Assembly: GCA_020425695.1 (NCBI GenBank)
Contig: JAGQRE010000002.1
Span: forward strand, 5,829 to 69,828
Direction of reading: 5' to 3'
Origin: Planctomycetota bacterium
Lineage (GTDB): Bacteria; Planctomycetota; UBA8742; UBA2392
DNA length: 64,000 nt
Shown: one piece after another, positions 26,792 to 35,469 of the stretch
Layout: each line of letters begins with the position of its first letter
Position numbering within the stretch: the first letter of the stretch is position 1
The notes under the pieces: generated by a model
What the model was told of the DNA's origin: nothing
Databases searched by the model: none
The model's input: only the letters and a program-made list of their open reading frames with translations
Translations under genes and position numbers: made by a program

Positions 26792-28567
26792 ATGACCCAG
26801 AAACTCATCGTCCCGATAGCAGCTGTGGCCCTTGCCGTTCTCGCGGGTATTGCCATCTGGTTCCTGATGGACGACTCGACTCCAGCCCCCATCGTCGCGG
26901 GCAACGAGGCCGACACTCCGGTTGATCCGAAGACGGACTCACCGCCACCGCTGAGCGCCACCGACTTCGATCCCGCACGCCTGCAACCGGACCCTGTCGT
27001 CATTGAACGCCCCGACCAACCGTTCGAAGCGCCGGAAGAAACGATTCGCATCATTGTCAGCGGGCGCGTCGTAACCAACGACGGCGTAGGAGTTGCCGGT
27101 GCCCGAGTTCTGGTTGTCGGCGGTGGCGGGGGGCGTCTGATTCCACGACAAAGTGACCGAAACCGTGGACTGCACGGCTCCGGCTACACCGACTCTTCCG
27201 GCTTTTACCGTTTGCTCGCGTGGTCAAACGGCAGCGCAGGCGGCTCTCACCGCCGAGCCATGGTCGCAGCCGAGACACCGGACGGCGGCATCGCGATCGC
27301 CGAGTCGGTCGAGCTTCCTGAAGAACCAACGTTTGAGATGGCAGACCTGGTCGTGACAGCAGGGCGTGTCATTGAAGGGCAAGTATTCGGTGCAGACGGG
27401 CAACCCGCCCCCGGTGCTGAAGTCAGGTTGCGGTCCAGCGGACCGGTCATGGTCGCAAGCCTGGGCGGACGAATTCCGTCAGCCCACGAACGCCCACTGG
27501 TCAGAACCGTAATCGCGGACCAGCGAGGGAACTACCGCGCTGCCAATCTGCCGCAGGGGCGATACGGCATGGAGGCTTTCGGCGCCTACTTCGGTGCGAC
27601 AACGGGGCGAACGGTCGTGGACGTCGTCGAAGTTCCCAGCGCATGGCACGAAGTCCGGCTTGTCGCCGACAACATGATCCGTGGCGTCCTGACGGACCAG
27701 TCCGGTGTCGGCGTCGCCGGCGCGGTAATGCGTCTGACAGGCGGGACGAACGCCGCATCCAACGCGTCAGACATCAGTGATTTCCGCCGCAGCGACGACC
27801 GCGAAGACCTTTCGCTGCGCGCTCGCGACACCATCAAGGCACGATTCCCCGAAGGTCGACTGGGATCACGCATGCATTGCATCACCGACAGCGCCGGGCG
27901 CTTCGGCTTCCTGAACCCCGGTGCAGGTGAGTTCACGATTGTCACGCGTGTCGGCAACACGGAGTTGCGAGAAGAGGGTGTGACGGTCAGCCCCAGCGAC
28001 TACTCGCTGCAGATTGACGTCGGCACCAGCGTTGGCGGGCTGGTTCGTGACGCAGAGACGTCACGCGTCATTGAGCGCTTCGATGCGCGACTCCTGCCGG
28101 GAACTGGCTCGACTGCAAACTCGCCGTTCGAAGGCGTTGCCGAAAATGGACGCTTTGACTTCCACCCGGGCGGGGCGTACTCGTTTTCCAACCCGCCGAC
28201 CGGCAGCGTACGCGTACGAGTCTGCGCACCCGGTTATGCACCGGCCGTGCTGGTTGTTGAGAGTCTCAGCGAAGGCGACCAGCGCCGTGACCTTGACATC
28301 ATACTGAAGCCGTTGTGTGAAGTGTCGGCGAGACTCGTCCGCGACGGGCGCGCGCTCGACCTTGAACCTTGCGCCTTGCTGTTCGACGACCGGCTCGCCT
28401 ACGAAGCTTCCAGTGACGAACTTGGACGCGTGCGCATTCCGGGCGTCACTCCGCAAACCTACAAAGTGAAGGTCGTACTCGCCGACGGCACGGAGCTGGA
28501 GGGCAGCGTTGAGGTCCCCGCGCGCAGACAGGCCGATCTTGAAATCGTCGTTGAGCCCGCGAAGTGA
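26792..28567 (+). CDS. membrane-anchored protein with carboxypeptidase-regulatory-like beta-sandwich repeats
   Basis: N-terminal anchor IVPIAAVALAVLAGIAIWFL. Repeats such as GRVVTNDGVGVAGARVLVV, GQVFGADGQPAPGAEVRL and GVLTDQSGVGVAGAVMRL follow. Confidence 0.65.
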   Translation: MTQKLIVPIAAVALAVLAGIAIWFLMDDSTPAPIVAGNEADTPVDPKTDSPPPLSATDFDPARLQPDPVVIERPDQPFEAPEETIRIIVSGRVVTNDGVGVAGARVLVVGGGGGRLIPRQSDRNRGLHGSGYTDSSGFYRLLAWSNGSAGGSHRRAMVAAETPDGGIAIAESVELPEEPTFEMADLVVTAGRVIEGQVFGADGQPAPGAEVRLRSSGPVMVASLGGRIPSAHERPLVRTVIADQRGNYRAANLPQGRYGMEAFGAYFGATTGRTVVDVVEVPSAWHEVRLVADNMIRGVLTDQSGVGVAGAVMRLTGGTNAASNASDISDFRRSDDREDLSLRARDTIKARFPEGRLGSRMHCITDSAGRFGFLNPGAGEFTIVTRVGNTELREEGVTVSPSDYSLQIDVGTSVGGLVRDAETSRVIERFDARLLPGTGSTANSPFEGVAENGRFDFHPGGAYSFSNPPTGSVRVRVCAPGYAPAVLVVESLSEGDQRRDLDIILKPLCEVSARLVRDGRALDLEPCALLFDDRLAYEASSDELGRVRIPGVTPQTYKVKVVLADGTELEGSVEVPARRQADLEIVVEPAK

Positions 28568-29607
28568 AATCCTCAAGCCGGACAATCACCATCGGAGAAA
28601 ACGAGGCGAACCAGCGCCTCGACCGCTTCGTACGCAAACTGCTTGATGACGTCAGTCTTTCCGCGATCTACAAATTGCTGCGCACCAAACAGATCACCGT
28701 CAACCAGCGCAAAGCCAAGCCAGACGCACGACTCAAGGCTGGTGACGTTGTCAGCTTCCGGCAGGCCGCCACCGACCGGCACTTTCAGCCGAAGGTGCGC
28801 GCAAAGTCCGAGCGCGGTCTGTCAAACCGCCGAGATTTTGAAGTCGTCTATGAAGACGTTCACTTCATCGCCGTGAACAAACCCACCGGTGTGCTTGTTC
28901 ATGCAGGAGACCGCGGCACCGACAAAGATACGCTGATTGACCAGGTCACGGCCTATGTGCTTGAACAGCCTCAGCCTGAAGGCGACTCACTGCGCGAGTA
29001 CGTCAAACCATCGCCGACTTTCAGCCCCGGGCTGGTGCACCGCCTTGACCGCGCGACCAGTGGGCTGGTGCTGATCGGCAAGACTCTGCCTGCGATGCAG
29101 GAACTCTCGCGCATGATCAAGAAGCGCAACGTAAGAAAGACGTATGTCGCCCTTGCCATCGGTGGGCTGCCACAGCGCGAGGGCACAATCAACGTCCCGA
29201 TCGCGAGGCAGGAAGACGCTCGCGGGCGGCGCCGCAAAGTCAAAACCGGCGAAGGGCGTGTCGCGGTAACGAACTACAAGGTGCTGGCCCAACGAGGCAC
29301 TTACACGCTGGTCGAACTCGAACTGGTCACCGGGCGCACGCACCAGATCCGTGCCCATCTCGCGCACGTTGGTGCACCTGTAGCCGGTGACGACGAATAC
29401 GGTGATCGCGAGAAAAACCGCCACGCCGGTGAAAAGCTCGGGCTTCGCCGGCAGTTTCTGCACGCTTCAAGGCTCGAATTCACGCACCCGCTGTCAGGCG
29501 CTGAACTTGACCTCGTGGCACCGCTTTGGACAGAGTTGCAGACAGCACTCGACGCGGCCGGCTTTAAGCCCGATGATCTTCCCCCATGGCTGTCTCTCAA
29601 AAACTGA
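28564..29607 (+). CDS. RluA-family 23S rRNA pseudouridine synthase (S4 domain + catalytic domain)
   Basis: S4-like N-terminus (QRLDRFVRKLL..ISLSAIYKLLR) and the catalytic motif HRLDRATSGLVLIGK. HQIRAHLAHVGAPVAGD lies downstream. Confidence 0.9.
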   Translation: MKSSSRTITIGENEANQRLDRFVRKLLDDVSLSAIYKLLRTKQITVNQRKAKPDARLKAGDVVSFRQAATDRHFQPKVRAKSERGLSNRRDFEVVYEDVHFIAVNKPTGVLVHAGDRGTDKDTLIDQVTAYVLEQPQPEGDSLREYVKPSPTFSPGLVHRLDRATSGLVLIGKTLPAMQELSRMIKKRNVRKTYVALAIGGLPQREGTINVPIARQEDARGRRRKVKTGEGRVAVTNYKVLAQRGTYTLVELELVTGRTHQIRAHLAHVGAPVAGDDEYGDREKNRHAGEKLGLRRQFLHASRLEFTHPLSGAELDLVAPLWTELQTALDAAGFKPDDLPPWLSLKN

Positions 29608-31037
29608 ACACGACGCTTCTGGCTCTGCTGGTCGGCACAGTGCTGGTCGTAACTGCATGCCAGTCAAGTGGCGTGGATACGGTGGACATTTCCCCACCGC
29701 ACGAATACCAGTTCGAAAGGCGACAAGGGCGGCGCACGCCGGTGATCCTGATCCCCGGGACACTCGGCAGCCGGCTCTACAACACCGAAAACGGCGAGAT
29801 CGCCTGGGGTAACTTCTCGGCCACGATCTCCGAGCTCCAGGACGAGCTGGACCTGCCGATCGATCGCCCTCGCCTTACCCAGAACCGCGACAATCTGGCC
29901 GCCTACCGAGTCCTCGACCGGGCCGAGATCCTCCTGAAGGAAGGCAGCGGCGAAGTCAGTTTCTATGCTGAGTTGATTGACCATCTCAGCCAGACACTCG
30001 GCTATCGTCCGGCCTACGGCAAGCGTTTCCACCGCGGGCACGACCTGTTCGTCTTCTTCTATGATTGGCGACGCAGCAACGTCGAGGCCGCCACGCAACT
30101 GCGCGAGTTTATTGAAAGCATCCGCCGCGACCTGCGCCAACCGAAGCAGAAGTTCACCTTCCTGGCGGTTTCCAACGGGGGGATGATCGCCCGCTACTAT
30201 TTGCGTTACGGCGGTCGCGACGTCGTCACCGGTCATGAACTGGATGAGCCACTGAACCCGAACTGGAACGGGCTTCAGGATTGTGAACGGCTCATCTGCA
30301 TGGGCACGCCCCATGTCGGAACGATTGACGCGCTTCACCTGATTCACGACGGCTATGCGCCGAACGTTCTGGCGCGGCGCTATCCGCCGGCCACGATCTT
30401 CAGTTTCCCTGCCGCGTTTGAGTTGATGCCGGAACCCGGTGAGCCGGTTTTCGTCGGTGAAGGCGGTGAGTCACTCGACATCGACATCTGGGACTCCGAC
30501 ACCTGGGAACAATACGGGCTGTCGGTGTTCGCTGAGTCGCAACAGGACCGTTTGAAGGGTGAGATCGCGGAGACGGTTCGCCCCGGCGAAGACCGCGATG
30601 TGTTGTTCAACCAGCGCATGAACGATCAGCGGGCGTACCTCGAGCTTGTCTTGAAACATGCGCATCGCTTCCGCGACGCGATTGCCGGCGAGCCGGGCGT
30701 GCCCACGGAGGTCATACTGGGCGTGAACACCCCGACACTGGCCAGAGTCGGGCTCGTCCGCGATGGCGAAGACTGGCAGCTGTTCTTCCGCCCCCGTTTT
30801 CCGGGCGGGCGCTACGACCCGATGGCCGAGGCGATCTATGCCAGCGGAGACGGCGTCGTCACGCGACGCTCAGGGCTCGGGCTGCCGTTGCCGCAAAGTT
30901 CAGCCGAGTTGCTTGACCGCGGCGACAATTTCCGCCGGGCTCTTTCGTCCTGGACATTCACGCCGTTCTCGCACCGCGAAATGTTTGACGACCAGATGCT
31001 GCGACTCACTCTTGCCGAGACCTTGTCCGAGCCCTAA
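29586..31037 (+). CDS. lipoprotein, LCAT/PGAP1-like alpha/beta-hydrolase (putative lipase/acyltransferase)
   Basis: Lipobox LVVTAC. PVILIPGTLGSRLY resembles the LCAT-family N-terminal motif. The nucleophile-elbow variant is LAVSNGGM. Confidence 0.55.
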   Translation: MAVSQKLNTTLLALLVGTVLVVTACQSSGVDTVDISPPHEYQFERRQGRRTPVILIPGTLGSRLYNTENGEIAWGNFSATISELQDELDLPIDRPRLTQNRDNLAAYRVLDRAEILLKEGSGEVSFYAELIDHLSQTLGYRPAYGKRFHRGHDLFVFFYDWRRSNVEAATQLREFIESIRRDLRQPKQKFTFLAVSNGGMIARYYLRYGGRDVVTGHELDEPLNPNWNGLQDCERLICMGTPHVGTIDALHLIHDGYAPNVLARRYPPATIFSFPAAFELMPEPGEPVFVGEGGESLDIDIWDSDTWEQYGLSVFAESQQDRLKGEIAETVRPGEDRDVLFNQRMNDQRAYLELVLKHAHRFRDAIAGEPGVPTEVILGVNTPTLARVGLVRDGEDWQLFFRPRFPGGRYDPMAEAIYASGDGVVTRRSGLGLPLPQSSAELLDRGDNFRRALSSWTFTPFSHREMFDDQMLRLTLAETLSEP

Positions 31038-31091
31038 CCTCGCCCCGTAAGACGCCGATTGGGCGTCTGTATTCATGTAGTGAGCAAAGCC

Positions 31092-32363
31092 ATGCCGACT
31101 ACCGCCATTCTCGGACTCCAGTGGGGCGACGAGGGCAAAGGCAAACTTGTCGATTCCGTAAGCGCTCGGCAGGACTTCTGCGTGCGCTTCCAAGGCGGCG
31201 GCAACGCCGGGCACACGGTCTACCCCGAAGGCAAGAAGATCGTTCTGCACCACCTGCCGACCGGCGTTCTGCACAAAGACTGCGTAAACGTAATGGCGCA
31301 GGGCATGGTGATGGACCCGTTCAAGCTGCTTGAAGAGATCGCGGAAGTCGAGGCGCGCGGGCTGAAGCTTGATGGGCGCCTGTTCATCAGTGATCGCATC
31401 GCGATCACGACCCCACTGCACCTGACGCTTGATGTTTCACGCGAAGCCGGCGACGTCGCCAACCAGATCGGCACCACCAAACGCGGCATCGGCCCCACCT
31501 ACGCGGACAGGTACGACCGTGTAGGGCTGCGCATGGCTGACCTGCTGGATGAGGTTTCCCTGCGTGAGGCCCTGCAGCGCACCCAGAACGTGCGCGCCTG
31601 CCAGACAACCGACGACGCGCCGAACGTAGAGAGCATGCTGAAGCCATTGCTCGAAGTCGGTGAGAAGCTGCGCAAGTACGTCGCCGACACCTCGCTTATG
31701 CTGGCCGAGGCCATGGCTGAAAACAAAAACATCCTGTTCGAGGGTGCGCAGGGCGCGATGCTGGACGTGGTTCAGGGCACGTACCCTTACGTGACCTCAA
31801 GCTACACGACGGCGGCCGGCATCCCCGCGGGTGTAGGGCTCGCACTTTCGGTTGAGAAAGTCATCGGCGTCACCAAGGCCTACTGCACCCGTGTTGGTGA
31901 AGGCCCGTTCCCCACGGAGTTGACCGACGAAACCGGCAACAAGTTGCGAGAGGCCGGCGGCGAGTTCGGCGCGACCACAGGGCGCCCGCGCCGCTGCGGC
32001 TGGATCGACCTGTTCGCGCTGCGCTACGTTTGCCGAATCTCCGGCGTTACGCACATCGCGATCACAAAACTTGATGTCCTGTCAGGATTTAACGAGTTGA
32101 AGGTAGGCGTGGGTTATGAGGGGCACGACGCGCCCGGACTACCGGCCGACATCCGCAAGTTCATCGCGCTTAAGCCAAAGTACGAAACGCTGCCGGGCTG
32201 GAAGGACGACATCAGCAAGGCAACCAACGCCGCCGACCTGCCGGACAACGCCCGCGCCTATCTGCGCTACGTAGAAGACTTCGTCGGCGTGCCGATCGGC
32301 ATCATCAGCGTAGGTCCCGAACGCGAAGCCAGCTTCGAAACCGACGGCGCACCCAAGGGTTAG
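31092..32363 (+). CDS. purA: adenylosuccinate synthetase
   Basis: GLQWGDEGKGK P-loop, GTTKRGIGPTYADR and GATTGRPRRCGW. The start is taken at ATG 31092. Confidence 0.95.
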   Translation: MPTTAILGLQWGDEGKGKLVDSVSARQDFCVRFQGGGNAGHTVYPEGKKIVLHHLPTGVLHKDCVNVMAQGMVMDPFKLLEEIAEVEARGLKLDGRLFISDRIAITTPLHLTLDVSREAGDVANQIGTTKRGIGPTYADRYDRVGLRMADLLDEVSLREALQRTQNVRACQTTDDAPNVESMLKPLLEVGEKLRKYVADTSLMLAEAMAENKNILFEGAQGAMLDVVQGTYPYVTSSYTTAAGIPAGVGLALSVEKVIGVTKAYCTRVGEGPFPTELTDETGNKLREAGGEFGATTGRPRRCGWIDLFALRYVCRISGVTHIAITKLDVLSGFNELKVGVGYEGHDAPGLPADIRKFIALKPKYETLPGWKDDISKATNAADLPDNARAYLRYVEDFVGVPIGIISVGPEREASFETDGAPKG

Positions 32364-32401
32364 TCAGCCTGGGGCCCCACATCTGCAGCCTCAGGCTAGA
32401 C

Positions 32402-33256
32402 CTAGCGGTTTTCCTCGGTTTCGACTTCGCCTTCGATGGGCGCCAACGGCCACGCAACAAAAGTTGGTCCGTCACGACCGTCATCTGTGCTTGCCCGGTC
32501 AAGGGCGTCCAGGACGATAAAGAGTGCACCCCATGGCAAGTCGTCCTCGACAGCAATGAGGATGTCTCGTACAATCCCGGGCCGCCTTCCTGTAGTTCGC
32601 TTCTCCGATTCCTGAAGCGATCGAGAGAGTTCAGCCGCCGCAGTCTGCCAGATTGCGGAGTTCCAATCGCCGCCATCGAGTTCGGACAGCTTCAGGGTCG
32701 CCCCTTCTATTGACTGCTGGTCCTCGGGCGTAAGCCCGATCGCGAACTGGATGGTCCCGTTGGACACCGTGACCGCCAAGTGGAGTGAGTTGTAGAAGTA
32801 GGATAGGCCTTCGTCGCGCGGAAGCTCTACCGGTACCCGCTCTCCTCTCGCCGACACCAGATGGGCCTCAACGCGGTAAAGCAAGTGCGAGACTAGCTGC
32901 TCGGCGGCTTGCAGGAACCACATAGCAGGCGCATCTGGTGGTGCGGTAAAAATGACAACATTGTGGCTAACACCATCCACGTCCCGGCCAGTAAGCCCGA
33001 CGCGCTCATCAACAACTTCTGCGAAATCACTAGTCGCTTTTCGAAGCGAATCTACGTCAGCTGAAGTGCAACCTCCGTTCAGGAACCAGTTGTACGCGCC
33101 GTTCTCCTTCCTGACGTCAATGCGCAGCGGCTTGGTTACCGGCGCGGCGGTCTGCTTAGCTACACATGCACCAAGCAGGATCGCAGTTACCAAGAAGGCA
33201 GTAGGCAAACGCAGGAGCATAGGGTCTACAAACGGTGCCGGAGGGGTTTCGTTCAC
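32402..33256 (-). CDS. hypothetical lipoprotein
   Basis: The internal Met at 33220 gives MLLRLPTAFLVTAILLGAC (lipobox). No recognisable domain. Confidence 0.5.
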   Translation of the reverse strand: MNETPPAPFVDPMLLRLPTAFLVTAILLGACVAKQTAAPVTKPLRIDVRKENGAYNWFLNGGCTSADVDSLRKATSDFAEVVDERVGLTGRDVDGVSHNVVIFTAPPDAPAMWFLQAAEQLVSHLLYRVEAHLVSARGERVPVELPRDEGLSYFYNSLHLAVTVSNGTIQFAIGLTPEDQQSIEGATLKLSELDGGDWNSAIWQTAAAELSRSLQESEKRTTGRRPGIVRDILIAVEDDLPWGALFIVLDALDRASTDDGRDGPTFVAWPLAPIEGEVETEENR

Positions 33257-33390
33257 CTTGTCAAGGCAAAGAAACTGGCAAGGCGCTTGCGAGCGTACGA
33301 ATTTAGGGTTTTCCGGGATGTCACAGCGGGTGGTTTGCGTCTAGAATGTAGGGGCTCAGTGGTTTCGCAATTCGCGTAACCCTACCAGGA

Positions 33391-33624
33391 GTGATGATGG
33401 CGGCTACCATTCGCAAACTTTCGCTTAGCTTCCCACAGAAGCTGATCCGCGAGCCGATCCTGCACAACATTTCGACGCGCTTCGGCGTTTCGTTCAACAT
33501 CCTTCGTGCCAACGTGACTGACGAACTGGGCTTTCTTGAGCTTTCGCTTGAAGGCGACACCGAGTCGCTTGAGAAAGTGCTTGAGTACCTGCGCAGTCTC
33601 GCCGTGACGATTGAAGAGTCGTAG
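33391..33624 (+). CDS. NIL-domain small protein
   Basis: 77 aa. REPILHNISTRFGVSFNILRANVT..GFLELSLEGD resembles the NIL (MetN C-terminal-like) domain. Confidence 0.55.
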   Translation: MMMAATIRKLSLSFPQKLIREPILHNISTRFGVSFNILRANVTDELGFLELSLEGDTESLEKVLEYLRSLAVTIEES

Positions 33625-33693
33625 CACTCGAGGCTCGGGTGGCTTTCTCCCCTGATTGACGGTCAGGTGAAGCACTCTATCGTTCATGACTAC

Positions 33694-33770
33694 GCGCCCG
33701 TAGCTCAGTTGGATAGAGCGGCGGTTTCCGGAGCCGCAGGTCAGAGGTTCGAATCCTCTCGGGCGTGCCA
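33694..33770 (+). tRNA. tRNA-Arg (anticodon CCG), CCA encoded
   Basis: Hand-folded. Acceptor GCGCCCG/CGGGCGT (terminal G1-U72 wobble). D arm GCTC-AGTTGGATA-GAGC. Anticodon arm GCGGT-TTCCGGA-GCCGC gives anticodon CCG. T arm AGAGG-TTCGAAT-CCTCT. Then G73 and CCA. Confidence 0.9.
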
Positions 33771-35315
33771 GACTTGATGAAGGTCGTCGGAATCGGCTCC
33801 GGCGACTTTCTTTTTCTGCCACTCGGCGTTTGTAAGTCGCAGCGCTTCAAAGGGTTGCTCAAGCTCGACCTTCAACTCACCGTCCTCGAAAGTGCAGTTC
33901 GAACACAGTAGTTGAAGCATCTTGCGCTTCTCTACCGCATCCTGCTTCAAGAACAGCGTGTGGGCCTTCTTGGCTAGTTCGAGCAGTTGAACGCCCTCCT
34001 CGACGAAGTCCTCGCTTGCCTGCTGGTGTTGCTCGATCTTCGCGAGTAGCTCCTCCTGCTCTTTGCGCCACTTCTCCTGTAAGCGCATGCAGCGGTCCTC
34101 CGTGAGCTTGCCTTCGAGGTAGTCCTCGTAGGCTCTGTCCGCTCGGGTCTCAAGCTTGGTGTACTCCGCCTGCAAGCGGGCGAGAGAAGCCGCATGGAGC
34201 TTCTTCTTGTGGGCTTGGCTCTGCTTGAGTCCATCGGCAACAATGCGCAGGATGTCCTCGCCAAAGTCGAGTTGGCGAAGGACGCCTGCGAAGACCTTGT
34301 CCAGTTCCTCTTCACGGAAGCGCATCTTCTTTCCGGGGCCTTTGTGCTTGCCACCGGGCGCATAGTAGCGGTATTTGCCGCCTTTTTTGGCATCGCCGAC
34401 GAACTGGCGGCCCGACGCAGCGTCCTGAATCAGGCTGTTGTAGGCGAAGAGGTGTTTGCGCTTGACCGACTTCTTGCCCTTGCTGTTGCGCTTGTCTCGG
34501 GCTTCCTGAGCGCGGTGCCAGAGGTCTATGGAGATGAGCGGTTCATAGACGCCATCTATCAACTTGCCGCCCCACTCGAACATGCCGGTGTACATTCTTC
34601 GGTTGAGGATTAGGGCGACAGACGGCGCGCAGAAGGGCTTGTCTGTCTTCGGTGAACGCCAGCCGTGCTCATCCGCCATTCTGCCAATCTCGCTCATCGA
34701 GTAGCTGGCCGTCGCGTACTGCTGAAACATCCACTCGATCATCGGCGCGTACGTCGGGTCAGGAATGATGATGTTCCTGCCCTCCTCGCCCCGAACGTTG
34801 GCGTATCCAATGGGCGCACTTGTCGGCCACATGCCCTCGTCGGCCTTCTGCCTCATGCCTTTCTTGGCCTCCATACTAAGGTTGTCGCTGTAACGCTTGG
34901 CAATCGCAACGTGGATCGTGTGCATGAACGTCTTGTCCGTCGAGACGCCGGGACTGAGCACCTCGCCCTCGCGGACCAGATGCAGACATGCACCGAGTTG
35001 GTCCACCTTCACGAAATCGACGAGGTTGCGGTAAAGGCGATCCGTCTTTTCGGCTAGGATCGCAGGTGCAGACTCAGGTCGCTCGCTCACGAACTGGAGC
35101 ATGTCTCCGAATGCCTTGCGACCGGCGACTTTCGCGCTTTCAGCTTCGACAAACTCCCGCAGAACGCAGAAACCATTGGCCTTCGCATAGTCGCGAAGCA
35201 GTTTCAACTGAGCCGCGACCGAGTAGCCCTCTGACTGCTGCTCAAGCGTGCTAACACGTGCGTAAATGACGGCGGGCCGCTTCGCGGCGTCGTCAGGTTG
35301 AGGATGGGTTTTCAA
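33741..35315 (-). CDS. large serine recombinase (integrase)
   Basis: 524 aa. Resolvase-type catalytic domain AVIYARVSTLEQQSEGYSVAAQ...EKTDRLYRN, a recombinase domain, a ribbon region without cysteines and a long C-terminal coiled coil. TTG start with agggag SD. The last 10 codons (WHAREDSNL*) are the reverse complement of the tRNA-Arg T-arm/acceptor. Confidence 0.9.
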   Translation of the reverse strand: MKTHPQPDDAAKRPAVIYARVSTLEQQSEGYSVAAQLKLLRDYAKANGFCVLREFVEAESAKVAGRKAFGDMLQFVSERPESAPAILAEKTDRLYRNLVDFVKVDQLGACLHLVREGEVLSPGVSTDKTFMHTIHVAIAKRYSDNLSMEAKKGMRQKADEGMWPTSAPIGYANVRGEEGRNIIIPDPTYAPMIEWMFQQYATASYSMSEIGRMADEHGWRSPKTDKPFCAPSVALILNRRMYTGMFEWGGKLIDGVYEPLISIDLWHRAQEARDKRNSKGKKSVKRKHLFAYNSLIQDAASGRQFVGDAKKGGKYRYYAPGGKHKGPGKKMRFREEELDKVFAGVLRQLDFGEDILRIVADGLKQSQAHKKKLHAASLARLQAEYTKLETRADRAYEDYLEGKLTEDRCMRLQEKWRKEQEELLAKIEQHQQASEDFVEEGVQLLELAKKAHTLFLKQDAVEKRKMLQLLCSNCTFEDGELKVELEQPFEALRLTNAEWQKKKVAGADSDDLHQVWHAREDSNL

Positions 35316-35469
35316 GACTTGCTCCCTGTGTGAAGGTTTAGAAATACACCTTCCCTTTCGCAGGAGCCCTCACAGGGTTTAGTTCTAGGGGGTTTCAGCG
35401 GGTCGGTCAATCCCACAAGAAAGAAGATAGTCAACTGAATCTGGACTCAACTTTGTTCACCGAGCCTGT

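Noticed and set aside
33382-33822. 146-aa - strand ORF spanning the NIL-domain gene and the tRNA-Arg.
   Set aside because: It overlaps a well-folded tRNA and a better-supported + strand gene. Its translation is Arg/Ser-rich without motifs.
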